Source of the DNA: Coprothermobacter sp.
GTDB lineage: Bacteria; Coprothermobacterota; Coprothermobacteria; Coprothermobacterales; Coprothermobacteraceae
Assembly (NCBI GenBank): GCA_012842545.1
Contig: DUSQ01000035.1
Location: 617-64,616, forward strand
DNA: 64,000 nucleotides
Reading direction: 5' to 3'
Under the pieces are notes generated by a model. The model was given only the letters and a program-made list of their open reading frames with translations, did no database searches and had not been told where the DNA came from. Shown here in pieces: positions 38,505 to 48,309 of the stretch. Each line of letters opens with the position of its first letter. Position 1 is the stretch's first letter. Both the position numbers and the translations under genes were made by a program.

Positions 38505-39576
38505 CTTTCGAACCTCCCAAACTTTGTAACTGTAATTCTGACAATATGGCTTCAGCAATGCCTTCATCATTTTTTATAACTCTTACCACTTGCCCTTCCT
38601 TAAAAAGCACAGCACCTGCTTTGCCCAAAGCCACACCAATATCAGCGCGAGAGGCCTCTTGAGGCCCGTTGACCATGCACCCCATAACTGCCACCACTAG
38701 CGGCTGTTCGATATCCTTCAGCTTTTCCCTTAAGTTCGCGACCACATCCCAAGTTTTCCGTTCCAGGCGACCGCAGGTGGGACAGGCTACTACATGGACT
38801 CCCCTACTCGAAATACCGCAAGCTCTTAAAAGGTGATACCCTGCCTCGACTTCGTCAACGGAAGGACCATTCAAAGAAACCCTAATTGTGTCTCCAATAC
38901 CTTCAAGTAACAAAGGAGCCATGCCGGCAACCGAATAAATCAATCCTTCCGAGCCCTGTCCAGCCTCGGTAACGCCAAGGTGGATGGGATATTCAAAACA
39001 CTGAGCCAGTTTTCGATTCACAACAATGTTTTCTACAGGATCAGAGCTCTTTATGGAGAGGACAATGTTTTCGAAAGAAAGTTCACGAAGCATGTCCACT
39101 TCTTCTGACATGACGCGAATCGCAAAGTCCACCAAAGTCTCGCCGTTTCTCATTCTTTCCAAAGGTAGGCTACCAGTGTTAAGACCAATGCGGATAGGAA
39201 TGTTTTTCTCTTTAGCCAGGAGTACGATGTCACGTCGAGCAGACTTGTCTTTTATGGTTCCAGGATTAAGCCTCAGTTTAGCGATCCCACTTTCCAAAGC
39301 CTTGAGCGCTAACTTTGGATCAAAATGAATGTCTGCCACCAAAGGTACTGGACTCTCTTTTACTAACACTCTAATGTTGTTTGCTGCAAGTTCATCAGGC
39401 ACTGCAAAGCGGATTAGTTGCGCTCCGGCAGCCACGTCCTGTCTGAGCTCTTCCAGTGCAGCATTTAAATCAACTATGTTGGTTTTCAGCATGGTTTGTA
39501 CAACCACAGGAGCGCCGTTACCTATGACAACGTTACCCACTTGAACTGCTTTACTTTTTCTTCTTTGCGCTTCCAT
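38488..39576 (-). CDS. ispG: HMBPP synthase
   Basis: ADIHF, HLGVTEAG, GIGDTIRVSL, CPTCGR and MGCMVNGP. Confidence 0.96.
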   Translation of the reverse strand: MEAQRRKSKAVQVGNVVIGNGAPVVVQTMLKTNIVDLNAALEELRQDVAAGAQLIRFAVPDELAANNIRVLVKESPVPLVADIHFDPKLALKALESGIAKLRLNPGTIKDKSARRDIVLLAKEKNIPIRIGLNTGSLPLERMRNGETLVDFAIRVMSEEVDMLRELSFENIVLSIKSSDPVENIVVNRKLAQCFEYPIHLGVTEAGQGSEGLIYSVAGMAPLLLEGIGDTIRVSLNGPSVDEVEAGYHLLRACGISSRGVHVVACPTCGRLERKTWDVVANLREKLKDIEQPLVVAVMGCMVNGPQEASRADIGVALGKAGAVLFKEGQVVRVIKNDEGIAEAILSELQLQSLGGSKDDESQ

Positions 39577-39581
39577 TTTCG

Positions 39582-40592
39582 TCAGAACCCCATGAGTCTC
39601 CCTATGTCAAGCAGCGATACGTAAATCATCAGGCCCATCAAGCACACAAAACCAATTATGTTCACCATGTTTACCCAGTTCTTAGGCAATGGCCTCCTTA
39701 TGAAGCTCTCTATGAGACCAACTAATATCAAGCTCCCGTCAAGCGCCGGAAAAGGAACCAGATTTATGAACCCCAGGTTAGCACTTATGAAAGCTACCAA
39801 GTAAAGGAACAACATAAGGTTTGCCTTTGCAAAATTTGCCATTGTAGCAGTTATGCCAATTATGCCCATCACTTCGACATTCTTAGGCCTCGAGATTATG
39901 AGAACGAGCGCCTTCCAGAGTTCCTTTATCATGGTCCAAAGTTCCTGAAAAGACTTTCCTAAAGCAGCCAACGGAGAGTACTTTGTTGGAGCTCCAGAAA
40001 TCCCAACCCCAACGAAAGTGTCTCCTTCGTAGGTGAGCTTCCTTACCTCCACTTCCACAGTAAGCTCCTCATGACTTCGCTCTATGACCAGTGAAACTTT
40101 ATCTCCAACTTTCTTGGTAGCAACAATGTGCTGGAAATCCTCAAAATTACTAACAGACTTGCCATCCACTTGTAGAATCTTGTCGCCAATTTGGAGTACC
40201 TCAGCTGCAGAAGAGTTAGGTACAACGGAGCCCACAACTGTACTAGGCTCCAAAGGATTACCCCCAACCAGGACAATAAATACTACTAAAAAGGCTAAGA
40301 TGAAATTCATCAAGGGCCCCGCTAAGGCAATGGCGACTTTGTGAAGAGGTTTTATGGTTAGATTTCCTTCCCCGTCCATAGCAGGAACTTCCACATAAGC
40401 TCCAAAGAGAAGAATGCCCACACGGAATTCCGTCTCACCTATTTGCTTCTTAATTATGTTTGGACCAAAGCCTATACCAAAAGCTGTCACTGGGTAATGC
40501 AGCTTCTTGGCAGCCAAATAATGCCCATACTCATGTAAAATCATCAGCACTGACAAAGCAATAATTGCCAGTAACACATAAAGAACGCTCAA
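39582..40592 (-). CDS. rseP: RseP/RasP site-2 protease with PDZ domain
   Basis: HEYGH, AGPLMN, PDZ domain and NLVPFPALDG. Confidence 0.92.
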   Translation of the reverse strand: MSVLYVLLAIIALSVLMILHEYGHYLAAKKLHYPVTAFGIGFGPNIIKKQIGETEFRVGILLFGAYVEVPAMDGEGNLTIKPLHKVAIALAGPLMNFILAFLVVFIVLVGGNPLEPSTVVGSVVPNSSAAEVLQIGDKILQVDGKSVSNFEDFQHIVATKKVGDKVSLVIERSHEELTVEVEVRKLTYEGDTFVGVGISGAPTKYSPLAALGKSFQELWTMIKELWKALVLIISRPKNVEVMGIIGITATMANFAKANLMLFLYLVAFISANLGFINLVPFPALDGSLILVGLIESFIRRPLPKNWVNMVNIIGFVCLMGLMIYVSLLDIGRLMGF

Positions 40593-41671
40593 ATGGCTCG
40601 AACCTCCTTCCACATTTTTTCAATCATATCATGACGTAATGAGAAGTAATCAGAGATGGACTCAGGGTAAGATACCGCCCGATAATCTTCCATAGCTTTT
40701 ACCAAGAAAGAAAGGATTTGCGAAGGTTTCATGATCCCATTCCGGAAACATTCAAAAGCAATTTCATCAGCCACAGAAAACGCCATTCTTGACGTGTGCC
40801 CAAGCTCCAAAGCGTAATGTCCCAACTTACCCCACGGGAACCTGTCAAAGTCCGGTTGCTCTAAGCGATATTCCAAGCCGTCATATGACGGTGTCAGTTC
40901 CTCATCAAGAGACAAGGTATCGGGGTATGACAAAGCGTAGGCAATGGGGATTAACATGGTAGGCTTTGAGATGAAAACGTTTCGGGAGCCGTCAACGAAG
41001 TTCACTAAAGCATGGACAGAGCCAGTTCTTTCTATGACAATGTCAATTTGTTCGCGCCTTAGGTTGAATAGATGCGCAGCTTCAATGACCTCCATGGACT
41101 TGTTAATGAGAAATGCTGAGTCAAACGTGACTTTGGGTCCCATTTCCCACACCGGATGACTGAGCACCTGTGCTAAGGTGGCGTTTTCTATCTCTTCCTT
41201 CTCTTTGTCACGGAGTGAACCACCTGACCCCACCACATAAATACTCTTCACTCCTGGTTCTTTGGCACCTATGCGCCATAATGCGCTGTGCTCAGAATCC
41301 ACCGGTCGCACCAATTCACTAAAACCTTTTATTAAGGGCCAAGCTTCAACAATGATCTCTTTTGTGGACAGGCACACGGGCTTACCCAGGCTCAAAAAAT
41401 GGCTCATGTGGCTCAAATAATCCACGGTGGAGGCCGCATAAACCATAATGTCTGCATCTTCCAGTTCGGCCAAAGACAACTTCTCAGAGCCCTTTAGCCA
41501 TGGGCTAAAGATTGAACAACTATATCGCTGTCCCAAACGCTTTAAAAGATTAAGATTCTTACCTCCCACCAGTAAAGAAGGGACGAATTTATCGGGAAAC
41601 CTATCAATTACCTGCAATGTTTGCTGACCAACAGAGCCCGTGGCTCCAATAACAACAACTCTTAAAGCCAT
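40589..41671 (-). CDS. dxr: DXP reductoisomerase
   Basis: GATGSVG, PVDSEHSA, HPVWEMGPK and EVIEA. Confidence 0.95.
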   Translation of the reverse strand: MALRVVVIGATGSVGQQTLQVIDRFPDKFVPSLLVGGKNLNLLKRLGQRYSCSIFSPWLKGSEKLSLAELEDADIMVYAASTVDYLSHMSHFLSLGKPVCLSTKEIIVEAWPLIKGFSELVRPVDSEHSALWRIGAKEPGVKSIYVVGSGGSLRDKEKEEIENATLAQVLSHPVWEMGPKVTFDSAFLINKSMEVIEAAHLFNLRREQIDIVIERTGSVHALVNFVDGSRNVFISKPTMLIPIAYALSYPDTLSLDEELTPSYDGLEYRLEQPDFDRFPWGKLGHYALELGHTSRMAFSVADEIAFECFRNGIMKPSQILSFLVKAMEDYRAVSYPESISDYFSLRHDMIEKMWKEVRAI

Positions 41672-42435
41672 TTCACTGCCACCAAGACCGCCAAGGACGC
41701 AAGTAAAGAACTATCAAAGCGATCCCACATACCACCATGGTAAGGAATCAGTTTCCCTGAATCCTTAACACCGGCGATCCTCTTTGCCCAGGATTCCAAC
41801 AGATCTCCGCTTATGCCAGCTAATGGTACGATGATGCCGAACATGTTCAGTAAAGGTTCTTTTAGCCAAACACTGAGCAATGCACAGGCAAGAACAGTGG
41901 TTAAATAGCCAAAAACGAAACCTTCCAAATTCTTACCGGGGCTTATGAAGGGAGCGAATTTCTCTTGCCCTAAGAATCTTCCCCACAGGTACGCTGTGGA
42001 ATCAAAGATCCAAACGGCTAACCAAAAAACAACTAGAGACCAGCCTGGCCCCAGTTCAGACTGCAAAGTAGTAAAGGAACCAGCACAAAGTCCGATGTAG
42101 GAAGCCAACAGCTTAACTAACACGGAGGTTCTATCTTTGGATTCGTTAGGGTTTAACTTTAGAGTGGTTAGAATAGTAAACACCAATCCCACAACTATGC
42201 CCGCATCTATGCCCGTGAAAGATGTTACAACGTAAACGACGGCAGATAAAGAAATAACTCTCCACCAAGGTTCCTTGTACATGACAGAGAGTTCCAGACT
42301 ACAAAGACCGCCTACTGCAATGCTTAATAGCAGATAACTAGGACGCCACATACAGCTGACCAATACAGTTCCAACAACAACTATACCCCACAGGGTCCGA
42401 AAAACAATTTCTTTAAGCACTGGCGTTCTTTGCAA
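41662..42435 (-). CDS. cdsA: Phosphatidate cytidylyltransferase
   Basis: ISPGKNLEG, GDLLESWAKR and KDSGKLIPYHGGMWDRFDS. Confidence 0.93.
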   Translation of the reverse strand: MQRTPVLKEIVFRTLWGIVVVGTVLVSCMWRPSYLLLSIAVGGLCSLELSVMYKEPWWRVISLSAVVYVVTSFTGIDAGIVVGLVFTILTTLKLNPNESKDRTSVLVKLLASYIGLCAGSFTTLQSELGPGWSLVVFWLAVWIFDSTAYLWGRFLGQEKFAPFISPGKNLEGFVFGYLTTVLACALLSVWLKEPLLNMFGIIVPLAGISGDLLESWAKRIAGVKDSGKLIPYHGGMWDRFDSSLLASLAVLVAVKWL

Positions 42436-42441
42436 TAACTG

Positions 42442-43002
42442 TCACTCTTCCATGATTTCTTTTCTTTTTCTTTGGCAGATTTGTTCCATTTGCTTTTCGT
42501 ATTCCTCAAATGCTTTTTGTATCTCGTTTTGGATGCGTCTGCTCTCATCCTCTGAAAGTTCTTTCTTCTTTTCCCTTGCTTTTACTTCGTCAATGTATTC
42601 TCGCCTTATGTTTCTTAGAGCAATTCGGGATTCCTCGAGATACTTATCAACTAAACGTGCCAATTCTTCTCTTCTCTCTTGAGACAAACTCGGGAATACC
42701 AGTTTTATCCTCTTACCATCATCACTGGGGTTAGCACCCACATTCGCCTTCTGAAGTGACCTAGAAATGGCAGGAATCATGGAAACATCCCAGGGTTCAA
42801 TGATCAGCGTCCTGGCGTCCTGTGCCACAATCATGGCAAGTTCACTTAACTTGTACTTTGCGCCCGCGTACTCCACAGTAACCGGCTCCAAGATGGCAGG
42901 ACTTACCCTGGAAGCCCGTACCGTACTTAACTGATCACTCATGGTGTTAATGGTCTTTTGAAAATGCTCTCTTGCTTGACGGGTGATCTCATGCTCCTTC
43001 AC
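42442..43002 (-). CDS. frr: Ribosome recycling factor
   Basis: IEPWD, ERREEL, RIALRNIRR and SEDE. Confidence 0.95.
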   Translation of the reverse strand: MKEHEITRQAREHFQKTINTMSDQLSTVRASRVSPAILEPVTVEYAGAKYKLSELAMIVAQDARTLIIEPWDVSMIPAISRSLQKANVGANPSDDGKRIKLVFPSLSQERREELARLVDKYLEESRIALRNIRREYIDEVKAREKKKELSEDESRRIQNEIQKAFEEYEKQMEQICQRKRKEIMEE

Positions 43003-43730
43003 TCCCCATGCACCTCCTGTGAATAAGGTATGACTAGCGTGCCTTTGTTAGAATCATGCAGGAAGGAAACCAGTTCCATTGGGTCAGTGCCTTTTATGAC
43101 CGCCACAGGAATGTTTTTGTCCCTAAGCAATGCAAAAGCCGCTAAATCCATCACACCTAAACGCTTCTGTACCGCTTCGTCAAATGTGAGGACATCGAAC
43201 TTACAGGCGTCCGTGTACTTCATGGGATCTTTATCATACACACCATCAACCTTGGTCAATTTCACCAACAAATCGGCTGATATCTCCACAGCCCGAATAG
43301 CAGCCAACGTATCTGTGGTCAAATGTGGCATTCCTGTACCACCGACGAATATTACTACGACCTGGTTTTCAAGAAACTCCCTTATCTCCGAAGGATGGCG
43401 TCTATAAGCTATGCCTTCTATGAAAAAACTGGAAACAAGCTCTGCTTTTAGTCCTTTGGATTCAAAGCAACTCTTAAGCATGAGGCCGTTTACTGCCGTT
43501 GACAGCATGCCAATGTAGTCAGCGTCAGTTCCATTTATGCCAAGTAGATCAGCATCTCTGCCTCTCCAAATGTTTCCTCCTCCCACCACAAAAGCGACCT
43601 GCTTATTTTCCTTCTGCAGACGCAAAACAGCTTCCGAAAGATTATTTAAATAAGAAGCGGAGAAAACACTATTTTCTCCGCTTAATAACTCACCACTTAG
43701 CTTCACAAGCAACCTTTTGAACGGCTGCAC
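42999..43730 (-). CDS. pyrH: UMP kinase
   Basis: KLSGE, GGGNIWRG, TTDT, VDGVYDKDP and VMD. Confidence 0.95.
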   Translation of the reverse strand: MQPFKRLLVKLSGELLSGENSVFSASYLNNLSEAVLRLQKENKQVAFVVGGGNIWRGRDADLLGINGTDADYIGMLSTAVNGLMLKSCFESKGLKAELVSSFFIEGIAYRRHPSEIREFLENQVVVIFVGGTGMPHLTTDTLAAIRAVEISADLLVKLTKVDGVYDKDPMKYTDACKFDVLTFDEAVQKRLGVMDLAAFALLRDKNIPVAVIKGTDPMELVSFLHDSNKGTLVIPYSQEVHGE

Positions 43731-43735
43731 AGTCC

Positions 43736-44329
43736 TCACTCGCCCAACGTCCACCTTACAAACCTACGGACCACGATGTTCTCTCCCAAAAGAGCAATCT
43801 TTTCCTTTATAAGATCCTTTATGGTCTTAGAGTCATCTCTTACGTAAGGTTGCTCCAGCAATACTTTGGACTTATAGAAATTCTGGAGTTTTCCTTCCAC
43901 GATCTTATCAATTATTTCTGCCGGCTTTCCTTCGTTTTCAGCTTGTTTTCTGTAAATCTCCTTTTCCTGTTCAATGACCTCTGCAGGTACATCTTCTACG
44001 GTCACGTATTCAGGTGACATGCCCGCAATCTGTAAGGCAATTTCGTGCACCAGTTCCTTAAAATCCTCTGTCCTTGCAACGAAATCGGTCTCGCAGTTAA
44101 CTTCAACCAATACACCTAATTTCCCCTCGCCGTGGATATATGCATGAATGAGTCCCTGTGAAGCCGCTCGCCCTATTTTCTTTTCTGCGCGAGCCAAACC
44201 TTTCTCTTTCAGAACAATTTTTGCCTTTTCCAAATCTCCATTGGTTTCTTCTAAAGCCTTCTTGCATTCCATGAAACCTGCACCAGTTTCATCTCTAAGC
44301 TGCTTCACCAAGGATGCAGATATCTCCAT
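43736..44329 (-). CDS. tsf: Elongation factor Ts (short, 197-aa form)
   Basis: VKQLRDETGAGFMECKKAL and NCETDFVA. Confidence 0.96.
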   Translation of the reverse strand: MEISASLVKQLRDETGAGFMECKKALEETNGDLEKAKIVLKEKGLARAEKKIGRAASQGLIHAYIHGEGKLGVLVEVNCETDFVARTEDFKELVHEIALQIAGMSPEYVTVEDVPAEVIEQEKEIYRKQAENEGKPAEIIDKIVEGKLQNFYKSKVLLEQPYVRDDSKTIKDLIKEKIALLGENIVVRRFVRWTLGE

Positions 44330-44330
44330 A

Positions 44331-45137
44331 CTATTCTTCCTCCTTTTCTTCATCAATGAGATCCAAGTATTTTTCGGTCTCGTCGATAGCTTCTAGTTCT
44401 TCAACAATCTCTTCCATGCTGGCTTGCTGTCCTTCAGGAGCCACAATACCTTGCCGTCCCTCACGGCCTTCCAGGATCGCATCAGCAATTTTTGAGGTGA
44501 TAAGTTTAATAGCTCTAACAGCATCGTCATTAGCAGGTATGGGATAATCAATCAAATCAGGATCACAGTTAGTGTCCACCATAGCTACTACTGGTATGCC
44601 AATCTTCTTGGCTTCTCTTATGGCTGCCTCTTCCTTTTTAGTATCTACTACAAACAGAATGTCAGGAAGCGTATCCATATCTTTTACTCCGGAGTAGTAT
44701 TTATCAAGTTTTTCCAGCTCCCGCAGAACTCTCTTTTGTTCTTTGTAATCCAAAGATTCGATATACCCTTGTTCCTTCAAAGCTAAAAGCTCTTTATACT
44801 TCTTTATACGAGTTCTAATGGTCCTAAAATTTGTCAGGAACCCGCCTATCCACCGCTGGTTCACATATGGCATTCCGGCTCTTTCAGCTTCTTCCCGGAT
44901 GGGTTCCTGCGCTTGTCTCTTAGTGCCAACGAAAAGTACCGTCTTGCCTTCCTTGCTGGCGTCTCTGACAAATGAGTAAGCAGCTTCTAACTGCTCGTAA
45001 GTCTTCTGTAAATCGATGATGTAAATACCATTTCTTTCGGCGTAAATGAAGGACTTCATCTTTGGATTCCAACGCCTTGTTTGGTGACCAAAGTGTACAC
45101 CAGCTTCCAAAAGTTGTTTCAAGGTTACTACTGCCAC
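44331..45137 (-). CDS. rpsB: 30S ribosomal protein S2
   Basis: [29 protein letters not shown] and PANDDA. Confidence 0.98.
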   Translation of the reverse strand: MAVVTLKQLLEAGVHFGHQTRRWNPKMKSFIYAERNGIYIIDLQKTYEQLEAAYSFVRDASKEGKTVLFVGTKRQAQEPIREEAERAGMPYVNQRWIGGFLTNFRTIRTRIKKYKELLALKEQGYIESLDYKEQKRVLRELEKLDKYYSGVKDMDTLPDILFVVDTKKEEAAIREAKKIGIPVVAMVDTNCDPDLIDYPIPANDDAVRAIKLITSKIADAILEGREGRQGIVAPEGQQASMEEIVEELEAIDETEKYLDLIDEEKEEE

Positions 45138-45249
45138 AAAAACACCTCCATATGGTTTTTAGTCTTCCGCTCCTGTACCCATGCCAACAGGGCATGTGGG
45201 AACCATGGCAACACAGAGCGTGCTTGCTTTCAGCTTTCTTATTATATCA
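45138..45249 (-). promoter_or_regulatory. rpsB promoter (TGATATAAT) and structured S2-type 5' leader
   Basis: Outer stem CGCTC-TGT/ACA-G-GAGCG, inner stem CCCACATGCC/GGCATGGG, then GCGGAAGACTAAAAACC and SD GGAGG. Confidence 0.65.
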
Positions 45250-45293
45250 CAGCATGAATGTTAGAATATGAATAACGGAGGTGAAACCTAAAA

Positions 45294-45641
45294 ATGTCAG
45301 CACACTACAAGGTGAATTACAAAGATGTGAAACCAGAAGAAGTAGCTGGAACCGAAGGTGGTGTTACCATACGTTGGCTACTTCATAAAGACATTGGGGT
45401 ACCGCATTTTGAAATGCGTCTATTCGAGTTTCCAGTGGGTGCAAAAATGTATCCCCATAGACACTCGTGGGAGCACGAGATATACACTTTGGAAGGACAG
45501 GGGAGGATTACTGTTGGTGAAGAACCCGTTGATGTGCAGCCAGGAGACGCTCTGTACGTGGCGCCAGACATCATACACGGGTACGAAAACACCGGTAACA
45601 CCGTCTGGAAATTCATTTGTGTCATTCCAAAACGGGATTAG
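45294..45641 (+). CDS. Cupin-domain protein
   Basis: PHRHSWEHEIY and HGYEN metal-binding motifs. Confidence 0.9.
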   Translation: MSAHYKVNYKDVKPEEVAGTEGGVTIRWLLHKDIGVPHFEMRLFEFPVGAKMYPHRHSWEHEIYTLEGQGRITVGEEPVDVQPGDALYVAPDIIHGYENTGNTVWKFICVIPKRD

Positions 45642-45657
45642 CTACTGCTACAGTGCG

Positions 45658-46050
45658 CTAATGGACATCGTTACTTTCAAGCAGTTCCACAATGCGTCTA
45701 AGTAGCTGAATTTCTTCAGGTGGCGCTTCTGTGGCTTTGTCCAACTTTTCAGCTTTTTGCTTTTCTTTTGTAGCATTTTTCAAAGCTTCAGCCGGCGCCA
45801 CCAACATAAAATAAACCACAGCCGCAGTAAACAAGAATGAAAGGACGCTGTTTACAAAAGATCCAAGCATTAATGGCCCCACTTTCCAGCTACTAAAATC
45901 AGGCAGTCCACCTAAGAGGCCGAGCAACGGCGTAAAGATATCTTTTACCAGAGACCCCACCACATTATTAAAGGCAGCGCCTATGACCACCGCAACAGCC
46001 AAATCCAACACATTACCGCGCGAAAGAAAGTCCTTAAAACCTTTAAACAT
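45658..46050 (-). CDS. mscL: Large-conductance mechanosensitive channel
   Basis: [23 protein letters not shown] and LLRRIVELL. Confidence 0.95.
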   Translation of the reverse strand: MFKGFKDFLSRGNVLDLAVAVVIGAAFNNVVGSLVKDIFTPLLGLLGGLPDFSSWKVGPLMLGSFVNSVLSFLFTAAVVYFMLVAPAEALKNATKEKQKAEKLDKATEAPPEEIQLLRRIVELLESNDVH

Positions 46051-46084
46051 TGTCCCCGCCCCCCTTTCCTCACTCAGTGAGATT

Positions 46085-47740
46085 CTAAATCGAGTTGAGT
46101 CTGACTACAACCTCCGGATATTGGTTCATTCCTTTTAGATAATCTTTTATGGTGGCGGCAACGCGTTGCTCGATTTCCTCTGGATCTGACACGGTGTTCT
46201 CGTTCAACATGCGAGCAATGACACCATTAAGAGTCTGACTAACACTGCTCTGAGATGACTCTGTAACGACACCCAACATAACGGTGTCCACAAGCCAAAT
46301 ACCTTGGTCTTCATCAAACACTGCCTCTACAACAACGACACCTTCGGAACCTATTTTCATCCTTTCCTTTACTGCCACTGCAGCTTCAACTTTACTAAGT
46401 ATGCCATCCACAATCAGAGCCCCAACATTTTCAATGCCGTGCTTCTTGACCCGAGGTTGACCTTTTCCCTTTTCGTAAACGAGTACATCTCCATTTTCTA
46501 AAAGGAAAATGTTTTCACTGGGTAAACCAGCTCGCTTTCCTATCTCAGCGTGACCCACCAAATGCTGCCATTCCCCGTGAATGGGCACTAAGTACCTGGG
46601 TTTAAGTAAATTAAGCATGATAAGTTGATGATCCTTCCCAGTACAAGGATGCCCTGAGCTATGAATGAAGCGAACTTCGGCCCCTTTGTAGAGCAAGCTG
46701 TTGATCACATCAGTGACAGCTCGCTCATTCCCTGGAATGGGGTAAGCGGCTATGATTACCTTATCGCCTCTTTCTAATCTGACTCGCTTGTGTGTACCCG
46801 AAGAAATCCTGACTAATGCCGATAAAGGCTCTCCCTGACTACCGCTGGCTATTATCATTTGCTTTTCCCGAGGCAAGGATTCCAACGTCTGCGCAGTAAC
46901 TATGCGGTGACCTAGTCCGTCCAAATACCCCAGTTTCTCAGCAATTTTCAAATTCCTAATCAGGCTACGACCTTCAATGGCAACGCTTCTTCCTTCCTTT
47001 TCGGCAATTTTCAATATTTGCTGAATACGGTCAATGTGCGAGGCAAACGTACTTACAATGACCCGCCCACTGGACTCACTGATTTCCTTTGCGAGCAGTT
47101 CGTAAACCTGTTGCTCGGTTAAGCAATCTCCAGCACTCGCGCTGCCATTCCACATCATGGCAGGTTCAGCATTAGTCGAATCAGCAAGCAAGAAATCAAC
47201 GCCTTTGTCACCAATACTGGCTAAAGTCTTAAAATCTGTTGGTTTGCCTGAAACAGGGGCAACCTCAATTTTATAGTCGCCGGTGAAGAAAATGTTAGCT
47301 TCATCCGTTTCCACATACAAACCCAGCGCTTCTGGAATAGAATGCCTCATCTCCACAAAATTGAGTTTGAAGGGCCCAAGCTCTTGCGATTCGCCTGCCT
47401 TAACTTCCACAAAATCATATTCAGTAGCTCTGGAACCCAGGTTAGCTTTAACCAGTTCCAAGCTGAGCCGTGACCCGAATACGGGTACTTTCACTCTTTG
47501 TAGGAAAAAAGGTACACCACCTATGTGATCCTCATGTCCGTGACTCAAGAACAATCCCAGAATGTCCTTTGACCTCTTCTCCAAGTAAGAAAAATCTGGT
47601 AACAAGAAGTCCACTCCGGGTACATCGGAAAATTTTAGACCGCAATCCAGTACCAAAATTTTTCCGTCTTTTTCCAAAACGTATAAATTCTTTCCAATCT
47701 CTCCTAAACCACCAAGAGCATAAAACCTTATCATACTCAC
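46085..47740 (-). CDS. rnj: Ribonuclease J
   Basis: [35 protein letters not shown] and PIHGE. Confidence 0.95.
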   Translation of the reverse strand: MSMIRFYALGGLGEIGKNLYVLEKDGKILVLDCGLKFSDVPGVDFLLPDFSYLEKRSKDILGLFLSHGHEDHIGGVPFFLQRVKVPVFGSRLSLELVKANLGSRATEYDFVEVKAGESQELGPFKLNFVEMRHSIPEALGLYVETDEANIFFTGDYKIEVAPVSGKPTDFKTLASIGDKGVDFLLADSTNAEPAMMWNGSASAGDCLTEQQVYELLAKEISESSGRVIVSTFASHIDRIQQILKIAEKEGRSVAIEGRSLIRNLKIAEKLGYLDGLGHRIVTAQTLESLPREKQMIIASGSQGEPLSALVRISSGTHKRVRLERGDKVIIAAYPIPGNERAVTDVINSLLYKGAEVRFIHSSGHPCTGKDHQLIMLNLLKPRYLVPIHGEWQHLVGHAEIGKRAGLPSENIFLLENGDVLVYEKGKGQPRVKKHGIENVGALIVDGILSKVEAAVAVKERMKIGSEGVVVVEAVFDEDQGIWLVDTVMLGVVTESSQSSVSQTLNGVIARMLNENTVSDPEEIEQRVAATIKDYLKGMNQYPEVVVRLNSI

Positions 47741-48300
47741 TCTCCAGCAATCAATCTTGACATCATTTGTATGTCGTGCTCGACAATTTCACCAAGTCGA
47801 GGATTTCTTAGAACAGCAGCAGGATGATATGTGACCACAACCTTCGTTTCACCAAGTAAAACAACCTGACCCCTTATCTCTTTAATACTTCTAAAGGGTC
47901 TTGGAACAAATGCTTCCGCAGCATGCCTGCCCAAAGCCAGGACATATTTTGGTTTACCAATGGCAAGCTGCGCTGCCAAAATGGGAAAACACTTGTTCTT
48001 TTGGTCTTCTGTGGGATCAGTGTTGTTCGGAGGTCTACACTTTATGACATTTGTAATAAACAGGCTGTGCCTCTTGAAACCGTTCCTTTCAAGAAACGTG
48101 TCCAACAGAGCACCTGCCTGACCTACAAAAGGTAATCCCTGCTCGTCTTCATTAGATCCAGGGGCTTCTCCTACAAGCCATAACCTGGAACTGGGATCGC
48201 CCGAACCAAAAACTACATTCCTTCTTGTCTTACAGAGTTCGCATGCTGTACAATTTAGAGCAAACTTTTCTAATTCCTTCCACAAGTCTTGGTTCATCAA
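47737..48300 (-). CDS. Family-4 uracil-DNA glycosylase (Fe-S)
   Basis: CTACELC, GEAPG, PFVGQAG, KCRPP and YHPAA. Confidence 0.94.
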   Translation of the reverse strand: MMNQDLWKELEKFALNCTACELCKTRRNVVFGSGDPSSRLWLVGEAPGSNEDEQGLPFVGQAGALLDTFLERNGFKRHSLFITNVIKCRPPNNTDPTEDQKNKCFPILAAQLAIGKPKYVLALGRHAAEAFVPRPFRSIKEIRGQVVLLGETKVVVTYHPAAVLRNPRLGEIVEHDIQMMSRLIAGE

Positions 48301-48309
48301 CTGTTCCTA

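Noticed and set aside
43736-44329. Short EF-Ts as a truncation
   Set aside because: The ~200-aa dimeric form is well known, for example in Thermus
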